Below, in pieces: positions 55,601 through 64,000 of a DNA stretch of 64,000 bases. The position numbers and the translations under genes are program-made. This DNA comes from Ascidiella aspersa (taxonomy: Eukaryota), in NCBI GenBank assembly GCA_963924565.1, contig OZ004607.1, positions 35,774,001 through 35,838,000 on the forward strand, given 5' to 3'. Positions within the stretch are counted from its first letter, which is position 1; every line of letters begins with the position of its first letter. The notes beneath the pieces were generated by a model. The model made no database searches. It saw only the letters and a list, made by a program, of their open reading frames with translations, and had not been told where the DNA came from.

Positions 55601-58600
55601 CCAGTAACTGATCCTGTCAATGTGCTCAAAGTACTTTGATCTTTCTTATTGATAAACTATTTGGGAAATTGAATTCTTTTCGGGGGTCGAGGTTGCGGAA
55701 ACCGCATTGCGTCAATAACCGCAAACTTGACCCGGCGAACTTTGCGGTTGGCCTTTCGCAAAAGTAGTTACCTTGGCGCGCGTGCCAGCGGCTTTGCGGT
55801 CAATTTTGCCGAACCTGTCCGACTCTACGACGTGCAAAAGCTTCCCGTATATATTGTGTATAAACCAGGCAAACAAAGCCAAGATGCGGAACAGGGCGGC
55901 GGCAAATACAGGCGCCGCGCAAATGCCAACGGCTTGCTGAGGATTCGAGCCGATAGACGCCCGTTGTTTTGCGCTAAGTAACCAGTGTTTAAGGCCCAAT
56001 ACCATACTTGACAATCACACAAGTAGATATGTGTTGTGCTTGAAGAAACAACAGTATAGTTTTACTTTTTTTATTATGCCGACCTCCATATCCATTTTTA
56101 CAGCCTTTTGTGTTATGTTGAGTTCTTCAGCTACTAGAAATGATCAAAATGTATTGTACGATAGAGATAAAAACGTATTTTCTGCGCAATAAATTGTAAT
56201 ACATTTTTTTTTATGGGGGGGGGGGAGATTTTTTCAATCTGTAGGTAAACATTTATCTTTTGACGTATTTAAAGTGCTTTTCTGTGTATGAGCATCTGAG
56301 TTTCAATACAAGTTCTTTTCATTAGTTTTCTGCTGGGTTAACAGAGGAATTTCTTCGAATCAAGGTCGACCGGTACTAAAATGTTTGTTGTGCGCTTTAC
56401 TCAGGCCAACCGAAATCTCTCCCACTTCTAACAATGTACCTAATTATGTGTATTGCCTTGGCTGTTGAAATGGTGGGAGGAAAATTGTACGTTGAGGAGC
56501 CAATAGTCGCTCGAGTGAAGGCTGGTGGCGTACAACGATAACGTTTTCGCGTCATCAATCATAAAAGTTAGGAAAATTAAAAACTGCATTTGATTCGTAT
56601 GGGCTAGCGAAATTAGGCTTGGCGTATTAGCGCAAAATAGGGAGAAAATTGCCGAATCGTGCAATAGACTTAGAATAACTAACCCGTTTTATCTGCACCC
56701 ATAAGTTTGGGGCTGCTATACCATTCCGGTGTGTAAACTTTCAATAAATATTATTTATCTTAAGGCCAGGCGAAAACTGGACCTATGTATATCTGCTCTC
56801 CGTGGACAATGTGGGTCAATGGACCTCAGCATCAAATTTAGAATTTTTAATAGTTTGACTAGCGCATTGGTTATTCTTTAGACGAAAGACTTTACTTGAG
56901 GTTTCAGTAAGAAGAATATATTCCGCCAAGAAATGGAACTCTTGCATTTAGTTAAATGATTTTCTTCTTAAATTTAAATAAGAAACATATTTCGCACAAA
57001 GCTTATTAATGACTAACTTTGACTAAGACAGGAAAGTCTAAAGAACAGCTGCTTCCATTTGAAGTCATTGTCGTCATTTACATTTAAGGGCGAGGATATA
57101 TCTTCATATTTCACACATTCAGTTTGTCATTGGTTAATTAAATGAATCACATTTTACCCGTCAGTACTCTGCTTTGTTTTTATGACGCACTCCAAAAAGC
57201 CGGAGGGGCGCCGACGCCTTCAAGGGCAAATTCCCAGCCCAAGGCGACGGGTTTAAGTGCTGATGTAAGCTGGATGCCAGTCGAAGCATCAGCAGCAAAT
57301 GCAATTGTCTGTAGGCTTCATCCAACGGGCGGGATAATCTCGCACCGCGTTTTGCTCAAATCCCATGGGCTATATTTCGACGGCGGCCCAGCAGATATGA
57401 ATACACGGGTGGTCCCTTCATACATAGCTGGCATTGTACGGACACATGATTCCACTTAGCGTAGCGAACTTGCCGTTCACTGCTATGACCTCGCGCGAAA
57501 TGCATCGTGTCAGGCTTCAGCGCCGTCCATTGCAATTACGAGTCGACTTTGAAGTAGCCGGTGTATTAGCGCGCCTTTTAAGTTTGCGCGAAAGCGCGTT
57601 CCCATGGCCATTAAAATAGCGCCGCTGTGCGACGTTTTTTTGGTTGAGTGGAATGTGCCAATCAAGCGTTGATAGTCGGTTAAGTCTTGTTTGTTGCATG
57701 AAAATCGCCGCGATAAGGTGATGAAAAAAAGGTCACTTTTTACGTACTTGATTATTTATCTGTCATTTTTCCGAAACGTTTTTGACCAAGTGGAGTGACT
57801 AGCCGGGAAACTTCGGCATAGTACAAGTCACGCGACTTTAAAGTTTATTTTCCCATAAGACAATGTAAAGTTATTTTTCGAAATAATTTGGTTCACAGAA
57901 ATTGTTTTCTGGACAAACTTGAGTCCAAGTCAAGTCATTTTCCAAAAAGTCTTATAGTCTAAAACAAGTCATTTACCCGAATCGTCCACTTTAAGCGAAG
58001 TATTTTTTCAGAAGACTTTAAATTAAATTAAAATGATTTGACTGAAAAGCGTAGGTTAAGCCATTGGCTAAAAAAACATTAATTTTAACGAACTTTAGTA
58101 GAAAAGAATTACTTCCACGCCTAGTCGAAGTCAGCCAAGTAAATCTGCCGTAAAAAGATATTTCCAAGCCTAAGGATTTGCTCAAAATGTTGTAGGTTCC
58201 AAGAAAAGTCATTTGCTTAAAAGAGTTTTGTCTAAAATAAATAGAAACACGAATAGACGTTATAAAACTTAGGCTGGGGGTCAATTAGGCCTAATTGATT
58301 AATGAAATCGTTAAAAACCGATAGGCCGAGTGAGGTTTAGCATTTTGCCGATTGGCAAAGGTTCTGTTACTTGTGAACTTCAAAGGTGCACCCCTGTGGG
58401 TCACGTACGCCAGCGTTCTGAGCGACCGCGAAAAATCTGTTACAAGATAAGGTGGCCGCATAGAGCAAGGCTCGGCAAACCGCAAACCGCAAAGCCCTGG
58501 ATTGCATTACAACGACGCACACTCGCTACTCTCCCTATACACTCGCTATAGGTGTGCTGTCAACTGTTAACAAATTGGTTAAGTACTGTAGCAACTGTAG

Positions 58601-61600
58601 CAAAGCTTCGAATAGGGACGTAGGGTACTTCGTGTCTTATCTAAAGTACATAACAATAGCAAAGCTTTAAATTGGGACGTATGATATACTTCTTATTTAA
58701 CTCAAAGTAAATAACTATAGCAAATTTTCAGATAGGGAAATGCGATTTACTTATACCGCTACCAGTCACTTTTTGGTAAAAGTAGGCCATCGCCGGATGA
58801 CGCGATACCAAATTACGTCTTAATGTCGCAAAATAAGCAAAATAGACAACAAAATTACACAATCTTTGTGAAGCATATAACACAATTACTATTTTTGTCG
58901 TTAATTAAGGCTTAGACATCCTTGTATTGCTAATTTTTGGTGATAAAATTGCTTAATAAATGTATGGAAAACGCATGAGGTATAGTAGTTTTTAGCGGAG
59001 AGCTCTAAGAAACCCAATTCTAAAAGCCGGCTTCGTTTTCAACCCTATCCGACTCTCGATTCATTCGTGCGATTGCGACTTTGCCGCATTTTTTCGCCAG
59101 AAAGGAGTGCTACAGAGCTCACGACTTCAGGCAATTTGCTTCACGCTAAGCATAGCGCAAAATTCGGCCGAAAAAAACACCGCGTTTGCCACGCGGCCTT
59201 TTTTGTTTGCCTGTCATTAAAAATGGGCGCCGAAATGCGGGAGTATTGTCTGAATTGCGATGGGGAGAAAATACATGCTCTTTTAATATGAAGCAAGTTA
59301 TTGTCACGACTTGTCAGCAGCAGGCTTAACCCATTTCCTGTTGACGATACTTGGCGACACCCTTCAAATATCGTTATAGTTTGGGGCGAGAAAGAAAAAT
59401 AAGTGTGACGAATTTCTGGGCCCGATATGTTTGAAATGTTAAGTAAATGCAAATTTGGTTGAGTGCGAATGACGCTGAAGGAAAATCAACAACAGAGCTC
59501 GGCTTAATCAGGAAAATAGCCTTTACTATTTTATTGTAATTTAATTTGTAAATATTGTGTTTCCTAGTTAGAGTTGTAACCTACATTCCGGTATTTCGTA
59601 AAGAAGTGGGATTTTTCCAGAATTTGTGTAAAAACCCATAATGCATGAAAAGCACAACGTGTAGAAGGACGTTTTGTCAGTATGTCAAGACTCTATCTAG
59701 AACCAACCGTTACCATCAACACCTTTGATGTTTTTTTTAATGAATCGTTACGTTAAACTTAAGTACTAGTGGAATGAGGATGTGAGAATGAACGAGGTCA
59801 TAAAAGTTCCATGCAATCAATTGCGGTACAACTTTTATAAGTTAGGATTAAGGTTATGTTATTTGTAAAGAGAACGCAAAGTTTGTAAACGTTAAGCATT
59901 TTACTATTGATAACATATTTTTATTAGGTTTAAAACTTGGGAATCTAAAATGGTAGTTCACAAGTTTATTTTTTTTAAATCGAATTATTGGAATTGTCGG
60001 AATTCTCTTTATTTTTAGTAACCATAAATCCTGATAACGACTCCACATAGGCGTGATATCACTACCGAGTACTTAAACGAGTATTTCTGTCACACTCCAT
60101 ACCTCGTCCAAGTACAGAAAACCCCGCCATTAATACGCACTCCAAAATCGAAATCATCATCACACACACGGAATAAGTAGCCATAGCAGCACTATCCGAG
60201 AATGCGGCGTCAATATTTTGCTCGGGCGGTCCATTGTGGTGGAACAATGCCGAGTGCTCAATGGGCGCTTTCTCCCCGGGTACCAAATCGCCACATTCGT
60301 CTATTTACACTTTCGCTCGGCTACGCTTGAGTGCGCAACTGGGGTCAGGGGTGAAACGGGTGCGCCGCACACCCCTTGGAATGCCGGAGTCAGACAAAGT
60401 ACACAAAGTGCCAGTTTGCAAAAGCACTCGTCGCGCAAGATCTTAGTTTCAGGTGATTTTTTACATCCTTGATGGTTTAGTTTAGTCTATCTATACCTCT
60501 TGGAGAGGCATTATTCGAGTTTTTTTAGGCAGACGTTTTTTTGCGTTTGCCGCTCCTTTACAAGGACCGCAATTTGTCAGTCACTTTAAAACAAAAAACA
60601 AATTGCGTTAGGTAACTCCGTGGCTCTAGTCATATTTTTTACACCAAACACACTTTTACTGTTAACTTTTAAAGCTTTTATCGTCATTGAGGAAAACGAG
60701 ATGACTGATTTTTAAGTGGCCAAGAGAATCGTAAAAAGCATAACATCTTTGTTTTTAAACACTTGTAAACAATTAAGGGGTTTCGAACAGTGGTCCATTG
60801 ACACAGAAGATTTCATAGGGTCGAAATTCTGCCGTTGGGCCTAGCTCCTAATTGTGAGCTAAGACTGCCTCGCTAAGCAGTGATCAAATTGGTTTTGTTA
60901 AAATAAACCATATTCGCAGCAAACTTTTACGCCATTGCATGTAAACGAAGCAGGTTTAGAAAAAGTTCTTCTATTTGCATTTCAGATGTTGACTAGAGTA
61001 AAACCCGTTCACTCGCATGACCCACAGAGTTATAACGGTTGTACACGAAAAACAGTGGATATCCGAGGCTTTTAGAGAACCTAATAAACCGATCCACTAT
61101 GCATTTTTGCGTTAAATATCTTCAATATTTGCCTGAAATATCACAGCCTATAATGTCGAGGTCGTGGTCCCCAGGCCATGACACACAACTCCGTTTTTCC
61201 GCTATCTATGTTTCGCGGTTGGCGTATTGCAAGCCGCAAAAGATCTAGAGTCTTGCGCTTCGCTGCAATCCTTTTGCTAGGACCGCATTCCCCCTTCATA
61301 GCTATGTTTACATTCCGCCCAGGATCCATTGGTTACTTTATGTCGGAGACAGCCGACATTTGGGCTTTGTCGGCGCCCTTGCTTTTACAAGGTATTTTTA
61401 CACGCCTCGTGAAATTTTGGATGATTGATTGATTGACGCGCCTAGCAGATTTACAGCTGGTTTTGTAACCCATCTGCAAGACCATGGGTTTAAGCTTGTT
61501 GGTATTAAAAAAGGATGTTTTGATCTAATTTGATTTATATATCGGGGGTAGCCAACACGTCGATCGCCACATTTCACCTGGTCGATCGCGTTTAATGTCT

Positions 61601-62177
61601 GTTACGTCATTAAAGTAGCTGTCGCACACAAGCTGAACATTAAAATGACGAATTGTTGTCTGGACAAGCCTAATTAACAAACTGGCTTGGAATGCAATTC
61701 ACGCTTAAAATGTTAAATAAGTGACTTTTTTTACCGAACCAGTCGATCGAGAGTTTCTAAAAAATATTTCCAGTCGATCGCAACCAAACATAAGTCGGCT
61801 ACACCTGAATTAGAGCGTATAAACATAGTGGTACACAAGATGACTTAAGCGTTACGTTTACAACAACTTGATAAGTTAAAAATTGGATTTTATAAACAAA
61901 AACTGGAAACCAGTAAACACAGTCTTGCGAAAAGATTCGTTTTTGGCAATGTGATATTATTTATCACTTTCGACATCTTATTGTGCGTAAACCACTACTG
62001 ATTCTAATATTTCTCGGAAATGGTCAAACAGTAGCTCAGCATAATTGAACGGCGAATATACTGTGAACGAATCTACGCTAAAGAAAAAATATCTTTAAAT
62101 TTTGCATGCAAACTTACCGTTAACAAAATAATCACTTGCATCGTCCTAATCCTTTGCTGTATCAAAGGCGGCGTCAT
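16503..62177 (-). CDS. ADAMTSL1/3: ADAMTS-like protein 1/3 (punctin/MADD-4 family), spliced CDS of 17-18 exons, 762-779 aa in this model; a longer form may continue beyond the left edge of the window
   Basis: Manually joined exons all have GT donors, AG acceptors and compatible phases. The product is signal peptide - TSR1 (WTTWSECSRTCGGG) - Cys-rich domain (DFRLMQC...PKVLDGTRC...DMCIGGVC...VGCD...DVCGVCRG) - spacer - five more TSRs with no metalloprotease domain. The linker CFVPATCFAP..LPV..EPSWSPESW resembles vertebrate ADAMTSL1/3 as recalled. Confidence 0.9.
16680..16833 (-). CDS. ADAMTSL1/3: ADAMTSL exon, TSR6 second half (VKVMEQFCFHV...CSNSPCSTLPPNVNNT)
   Basis: Acceptor cttttcAG, donor AG|GTGAGT, phase 1-2. 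Confidence 0.9.
17097..17170. repeat. 9-bp tandem repeat (GAAAGTGGT)n, about 8 copies
   Basis: Directly visible; explains the VKVVKV spurious ORF. Confidence 0.95.
17528..17759 (-). CDS. ADAMTSL1/3: ADAMTSL exon, end of TSR5, Thr-rich repeat, start of TSR6 (WNYLATSPCTTSCGK)
   Basis: Acceptor acttacAG, donor G|GTGAGT, phase 0-1. Confidence 0.92.
18331..18485. mobile_element. hAT MITE (155 bp)
   Basis: TIRs CAGTGTTTCTCAAC / GTTGAGAACCACTG; perfect TSD ATATATAC. Confidence 0.9.
19037..19190 (-). CDS. ADAMTSL1/3: ADAMTSL exon, TSR5 (WSPESWGPCSASCGVG...ECPGEMPISSQ)
   Basis: TSR motifs, phase 2-0. Confidence 0.95.
19296..19586. mobile_element. MITE, GTCGATCG family, copy 1
   Basis: Ends GGTGTAGCCA / TGGCTACACCTG; colinear with 61543-61807. 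Confidence 0.8.
20173..20281 (-). CDS. ADAMTSL1/3: ADAMTSL linker exon PLPLPVAAPENQQSDLSGGFKSAFRVVEISSLSAEP
   Basis: Acceptor tttccttAG, donor AG|GTAAAA; phase 1-2 is required to join the flanking exons. Confidence 0.85.
21227..21374 (-). CDS. ADAMTSL1/3: ADAMTSL exon, TSR4 (CSVTCGRGWQQRVVRC...CFVPATCFAPS)
   Basis: CSVTCG motif, phase 0-1. Confidence 0.93.
21619..21745. mobile_element. hAT-like MITE (GAGCC family)
   Basis: TIRs CAGGGGTGGGCA / TGCCCACCCCTG; no clear TSD. Confidence 0.7.
22096..22309 (-). CDS. ADAMTSL1/3: ADAMTSL exon, TSR3 (WQTDPWTYCSASCAGG...CNEDPCPTWMAMPWTR)
   Basis: TSR motifs, phase 2-0. Confidence 0.95.
22560..22890. repeat. Tandem repeat of about 120 bp, 3 copies
   Basis: CATAxCxACAAAxATTT...GTTTAAGATxATAC...GGxCAC recurring at about 22561, 22680 and 22802. 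Confidence 0.8.
23270..23320 (-). CDS. ADAMTSL1/3: Candidate 51-nt cassette exon between TSR2 and TSR3 (S-STGGRSNIVFEYVQRI-K)
   Basis: Pyrimidine tract plus tandem acceptor tttttgtcCAGcgCAG, donor AA|GTAAGT, phase 2-2, open frame. Confidence 0.65.
23900..24385. mobile_element. Two degenerate copies of the 41093 MITE family fused in opposite orientations
   Basis: Forward copy to about 24193, reverse copy from about 24193; both carry the TGACGT(A/C)A doublet. Confidence 0.65.
24452..24593 (-). CDS. ADAMTSL1/3: ADAMTSL exon, TSR2 second half (LQFLRPYCFE...CNVEQCPVDK)
   Basis: TSR cysteine pattern, acceptor ttcctAG, donor AG|GTACGA, phase 1-2. Confidence 0.92.
24842..25075. mobile_element. hAT MITE (GGGTCGC family)
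   Basis: TIRs CAGTGTTTCCCAAC / GTTGGACAAACACTG; degenerate TSD ACTTAAGA/AGCTAAGA. Confidence 0.75.
25218..25332 (-). CDS. ADAMTSL1/3: ADAMTSL exon, end of spacer and start of TSR2 (IRYEFYRP...CTTTCGG)
   Basis: Acceptor acttcAG, donor G|GTAAAC, phase 0-1. Confidence 0.92.
25750..25834. mobile_element. Terminal arm of a foldback / PIF-Harbinger-like element
   Basis: TAA|GGTACAC... arm; inverted copy at 28234-28315 ending GTGTACC|TAA. Confidence 0.7.
26085..26257 (-). CDS. ADAMTSL1/3: ADAMTSL spacer exon LLLNDSSEADF...PGPVPKDINVM
   Basis: Open frame, spacer PGP motif, phase 1-0. Confidence 0.88.
27081..27155 (-). CDS. ADAMTSL1/3: ADAMTSL spacer exon GSEVVIKVPQNSRHISVSERGSGHV
   Basis: Spacer-domain VVxxPxxSRHI motif; acceptor caccAG, donor GTGGGT, phase 1-1. 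Confidence 0.88.
27683..27809 (-). CDS. ADAMTSL1/3: ADAMTSL exon, SVGCDGQLESEARFDVCGVCRGKGDTCRLVTGIYTPKPRKRQ
   Basis: VGCD...D.CGVC.G.G.TC motif; phase 0-1. Confidence 0.95.
28135..28315. mobile_element. Foldback / PIF-Harbinger-like MITE with truncated left arm
   Basis: 28135-28180 is an inverted partner of 28240-28290; same arm sequence as 25750. Confidence 0.7.
31080..31444 (+). promoter_or_regulatory. Promoter-like island: GCGCGAAA sites, TATAAATA at 31215, downstream GG|GTAAGT donor at 31439
   Basis: Motifs seen directly in a CpG-rich island inside the ADAMTSL intron. Confidence 0.4.
33645..33772. mobile_element. hAT MITE (128 bp), GGCACCC-rich, related to 18331
   Basis: Right TIR GGTTGAGAACCACTG; perfect TSD TTCTACTA. 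Confidence 0.85.
35258..35313 (-). pseudogene. Degenerate tRNA-like (Gly-like or SINE-head) remnant
   Basis: GCGTTGGTTCAGTGGTT (A box-like) ... GGGTTCTATTCCCGGC (B box-like); anticodon arm disrupted. Confidence 0.4.
40239..40472 (-). CDS. ADAMTSL1/3: ADAMTSL exon, Cys-rich domain DCESALDFRLMQC...DMCIGGVCK
   Basis: Typical ADAMTS Cys-rich motif PKVLDGTRC; 234 nt, phase 0-0; AAG acceptor. Confidence 0.95.
41093..41420. mobile_element. hAT-type MITE (328 bp)
   Basis: TIRs CAGGGGTTCTTAAA / TTTAAGAACCCCTG; perfect 8-bp TSD CTATAGAC. Confidence 0.92.
41560..41617 (-). CDS. ADAMTSL1/3: ADAMTSL exon, TSR1 second half KNCAAYSKDLVRYRTCNTK
   Basis: RYRTCN motif, acceptor ttttttAG, donor AAG|GTGAGC, phase 2-0. 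Confidence 0.93.
43970..44285. mobile_element. Foldback repeat family; related copies at 40665-40920 and 48360-48420
   Basis: Inverted arms ATAATGTTTGGAGGTTGTAG...GACGTA / TACGTCTTACTATACAACCTCCAACCATTAT with shared GAAACGTTCAAAAT. Confidence 0.6.
44994..45088 (-). CDS. ADAMTSL1/3: ADAMTSL exon, TSR1 first half VPRSSLSAWTTWSECSRTCGGGASFARRFCK
   Basis: WxxWxxCSxTCGGG motif, acceptor ttgaacAG, donor GG|GTAAGT, phase 0-2. Confidence 0.95.
46790..46990. repeat. GACTTGACTTGGACT-rich dispersed repeat; related at 28630-28800, 42975-43060, 57900-58010
   Basis: Recurrent GACTT/AAGTC submotifs. Confidence 0.6.
48724..48744 (-). CDS. ADAMTSL1/3: Candidate 21-nt microexon 2b, QLSWCLG
   Basis: Acceptor ttttgttttaaattacAG, donor GG|GTGAGTA, phase 0-0. 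Confidence 0.5.
48908..48988 (-). CDS. ADAMTSL1/3: ADAMTSL exon 2a, VLIAVLAEDDSAILDAADSSDFDSRAK
   Basis: Acceptor ttctccgtgcAG, donor AAG|GTGAGT, 81 nt; only frame 0 is open. Confidence 0.8.
49238..49347 (-). pseudogene. 5'-truncated 5S rRNA retrocopy with A-rich tail
   Basis: Minus strand reads GTCTGATCTCGGAAGTTAAGCA...AGTACTTGGATGGGTGACCGCATAGGAATACC, matching the 3' two-thirds of eukaryotic 5S (boxes A and C), followed by about 33 nt of poly(A). Confidence 0.9.
50650..51157. repeat. TAGATTAGAATTAG-rich dispersed repeat; second copy at 32395-32690
   Basis: Colinear similarity between the two loci. Confidence 0.7.
51727..51763 (-). pseudogene. 3' half of tRNA-Trp(CCA), fragment only
   Basis: GATCAGAAGGTTGCGTGTTCAAATCACGTCGGGGTCA matches the conserved animal tRNA-Trp from just after the anticodon to the discriminator base; no 5' half adjacent. 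Confidence 0.85.
51800..52087. mobile_element. hAT MITE (GGGTCGC family)
   Basis: TIRs CAGTGTTGCTCAA / TTGAGAAACACTG; internal GGTCGC motifs as in 24842. Confidence 0.72.
53782..54019. mobile_element. hAT MITE, same family as 41093, inverted and internally deleted
   Basis: Shared internal sequence (ATGACGTCATAAATTTACGTCAC, CATGGACCCC); 8-bp TSD GTGTAAGG/GTGTAAGA. Confidence 0.8.
54668..54913. mobile_element. hAT MITE (TTCACCC-rich)
   Basis: TIRs CACTGCTTCTTAA / TTAAGCAACAGTG; TSD ATCTAAAG/ATCTAAAA. Confidence 0.8.
58598..58752. repeat. Tandem repeat of about 60 bp, 2.5 copies
   Basis: TAGCAAA...AxxGGGA at 58598, 58657 and 58718. Confidence 0.7.
60103..60184 (-). CDS. Candidate hydrophobic first exon MATYSVCVMMISILECVLMAGFSVLGR (phase 1)
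   Basis: gctATGG start context, hydrophobic 27-mer, donor GAG|GTATGG; no in-phase partner exon found nearby. Confidence 0.3.
61543..61807. mobile_element. MITE, GTCGATCG family, copy 2
   Basis: Long colinear similarity to 19296-19586, same orientation. Confidence 0.8.
62118..62177 (-). CDS. ADAMTSL1/3: ADAMTSL exon 1, MTPPLIQQRIRTMQVIILLT (start of signal peptide)
   Basis: ATG at 62177, donor ACG|GTAAGT, phase 0; joins exon 2 to give the hydrophobic stretch VIILLTVLIAVLA. Confidence 0.7.
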
Positions 62178-62908
62178 ACTTTCGTCGTCTTGTCAATAAT
62201 CCGAATAACTTTCATGCAAATCAAGTTGATTCGCTCTCAAAACAGATTCTAGTTTTTTCTAACGCCAAAACAGATCTGTCAATCAAAAAACAACGTCTGC
62301 AACTTGCCGACAAGTGTCCGACATCGGGAAGGCAAATTGCATTCTGCGGGCTTTGTGGCACCGGAATCCGGCAAAGCGAATTTCAACAGACAATATGCGC
62401 CAACCGCTATAGTCCAACGCTTTGTTTGTCATTGCGGAAAAGACTAACTGAAGGGTTGCTATTGCATGGTTATTTTTACGCTATGATCTTGTTAATTTTA
62501 AAATTGACTTAACCCTGTGCAATTTTTTTAATTCCTTAAAACTCAAACAGACGGGCGCAAAGCACAGCTTTCCACGTTCAGCTCCCATCAGTTCGTTTAC
62601 CACGCCTGTATGTTTTATTATAGTTATCGCGAGCCCTACAAATAAACGACATCTCGCCTGATTTAACCTGGGGCGTCCGCGCCGGGAAGTTGAAGCTTGG
62701 TCCGTGCTTCTTTCCAGCTGTGCCGAAGCCGCAAGTGCACGTAGACCCTAAAAAGCGCAATTAAAAACAAAACGCGCACGTTTAGCGCGAGGACGTTGAG
62801 GTCCCGCACCTGGCAAAGGGAACCGCATTGACCTCAAGACTAAAGGGGGAATATGTAAACAAAATCTGACACTGCATGTTTTTGCGACACGAGGCTTGGG
62901 TTTCTAGC

Positions 62909-63096
62909 ACCGTTGTAATCAACTAACCGTTTCAATTATCAAACTGCTGTAATTACCAACCATTGTAATCAACTAACTGTTGTAATCAACTAACTGATGT
63001 AATCAACTAACCATTGTAATCAACTAACCATTGTAATCAACTAACTGTTATAATCCACTAACCGTTGTAATCAAATAAACGATGTCATCAACTAAC
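62909..63096. repeat. 17-bp minisatellite (CCATTGTAATCAACTAA), about 11 copies
   Basis: Directly visible tandem units. Confidence 0.92.
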
Positions 63097-64000
63097 AAAG
63101 TTTGCGAGATTAATTATCTACAATTAAAGTGGGGTAGTAATTAAACTGAACCCGTGATCGACTGACAGCCAATGCAAAATCACTAAACACCAACTAAATC
63201 TCCTGCAAAATCAGCACACCTTCAATATAAAACAGTTATTGCTCGCGATTAAAAAAGGTGACATGAAACTTCATTTTACTGACACCAATCGACAGGTCGT
63301 TTTCACAAATCATGGGCAAAGTCTTTAAATCAAGGTAAGCTTTATTGGCTACAGTTTGCACGTATTGGTGGTTGACCTGACTCGCTGCAATCGACTAGGA
63401 GCATTCCCAAAGTTGCTTGACCCGAAATAGCATTCCTGCCAATGTCAGCAATAACAACACCCGAAACTTGATTGCCCTAAATTTGCAAAGGGGAAGTAGC
63501 TACACTGAACCTGCAATTCAGTTGACTAGCCGTTTCATCCGTATGCGCGCAAGTCGGCAAAAACTTTAAATATCCAAGGATTTAAAAGTGTTGTAGACTG
63601 CAATTGGCTGACAGAAACTCGTAATGTTGCTTGATATGAAGTAAAATCACTTGGCGAAGTTAGCAAAACAATAGAGAGTTCCATTTGCAAGCCCTATTGG
63701 CTGAAATTAAACTACACACGCTAAAACGCTTCACCTGATTTCAAACACACTGCAAAAACAGCAGTAGCAGCATGGCTTCTCGCGGCCCCAAGCTCCGTCT
63801 ATTCTTGCGCGAGGGCACGCGTGCCTTATCACCTTAAAGCGCTGGCGGCAGCGATAGACTTCGAACCCTACCGAAGGCCCTTCTGCCTTCGCTCAGCACG
63901 CAAGGCATGGGTCTTATATCGCCCTGGCGCAGAACGGCAAGCGGTAGAAAAAAGGGGGCGCCGCTCTACGCCTGTCGCGCGCACAACGTACACAACTACA

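Noticed and set aside
16503-62177. Calling the gene an ADAMTS protease or papilin
   Set aside because: Signal peptide exons join directly to TSR1 with no HExxH metalloprotease exons; no Kunitz domains seen, and the TSR linkers fit ADAMTSL1/3.
63812-63830. miR-124-like sequence (complement GCGTGCCTTA)
   Set aside because: Only 10 nt match inside a short palindrome; no pre-miRNA hairpin. No other conserved miRNA was recognised by eye.

Overview
Eukaryotic (animal) genomic DNA, AT-rich with scattered CpG-rich islands. The intron style, dense short hAT/Harbinger MITEs and TGACGTCA richness suggest an invertebrate chordate such as a tunicate; this is inference, not proof. The window is dominated by one minus-strand spliced gene, an ADAMTS-like (ADAMTSL1/3, punctin/MADD-4 family) extracellular matrix gene. 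I assembled it by hand from GT-AG exons with consistent phases: join(62118-62177, 48908-48988, 44994-45088, 41560-41617, 40239-40472, 27683-27809, 27081-27155, 26085-26257, 25218-25332, 24452-24593, [23270-23320], 22096-22309, 21227-21374, 20173-20281, 19037-19190, 17528-17759, 16680-16833, 16503-16620). This gives 762 aa, or 779 aa with the bracketed cassette exon: signal peptide, TSR1, Cys-rich domain, spacer, TSR2-6, with no protease domain. The most interesting signal is the apparent isoform machinery. It includes two alternative exons that can each complete the signal peptide, a 51-nt cassette exon behind a frame-switching tandem acceptor, and an early terminal exon. It also includes an internal phase-2 signal-peptide exon at 4128-4303 that could start a MADD-4B-like C-terminal isoform, and inverted repeats bracketing a 375-nt frame-neutral three-exon block. 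Introns carry MITEs, minisatellites, a polyadenylated 5S rRNA retrocopy and a near-perfect 3' half of tRNA-Trp. Most ORFs in the supplied track are spurious. No prokaryotic systems or CRISPR arrays are present.
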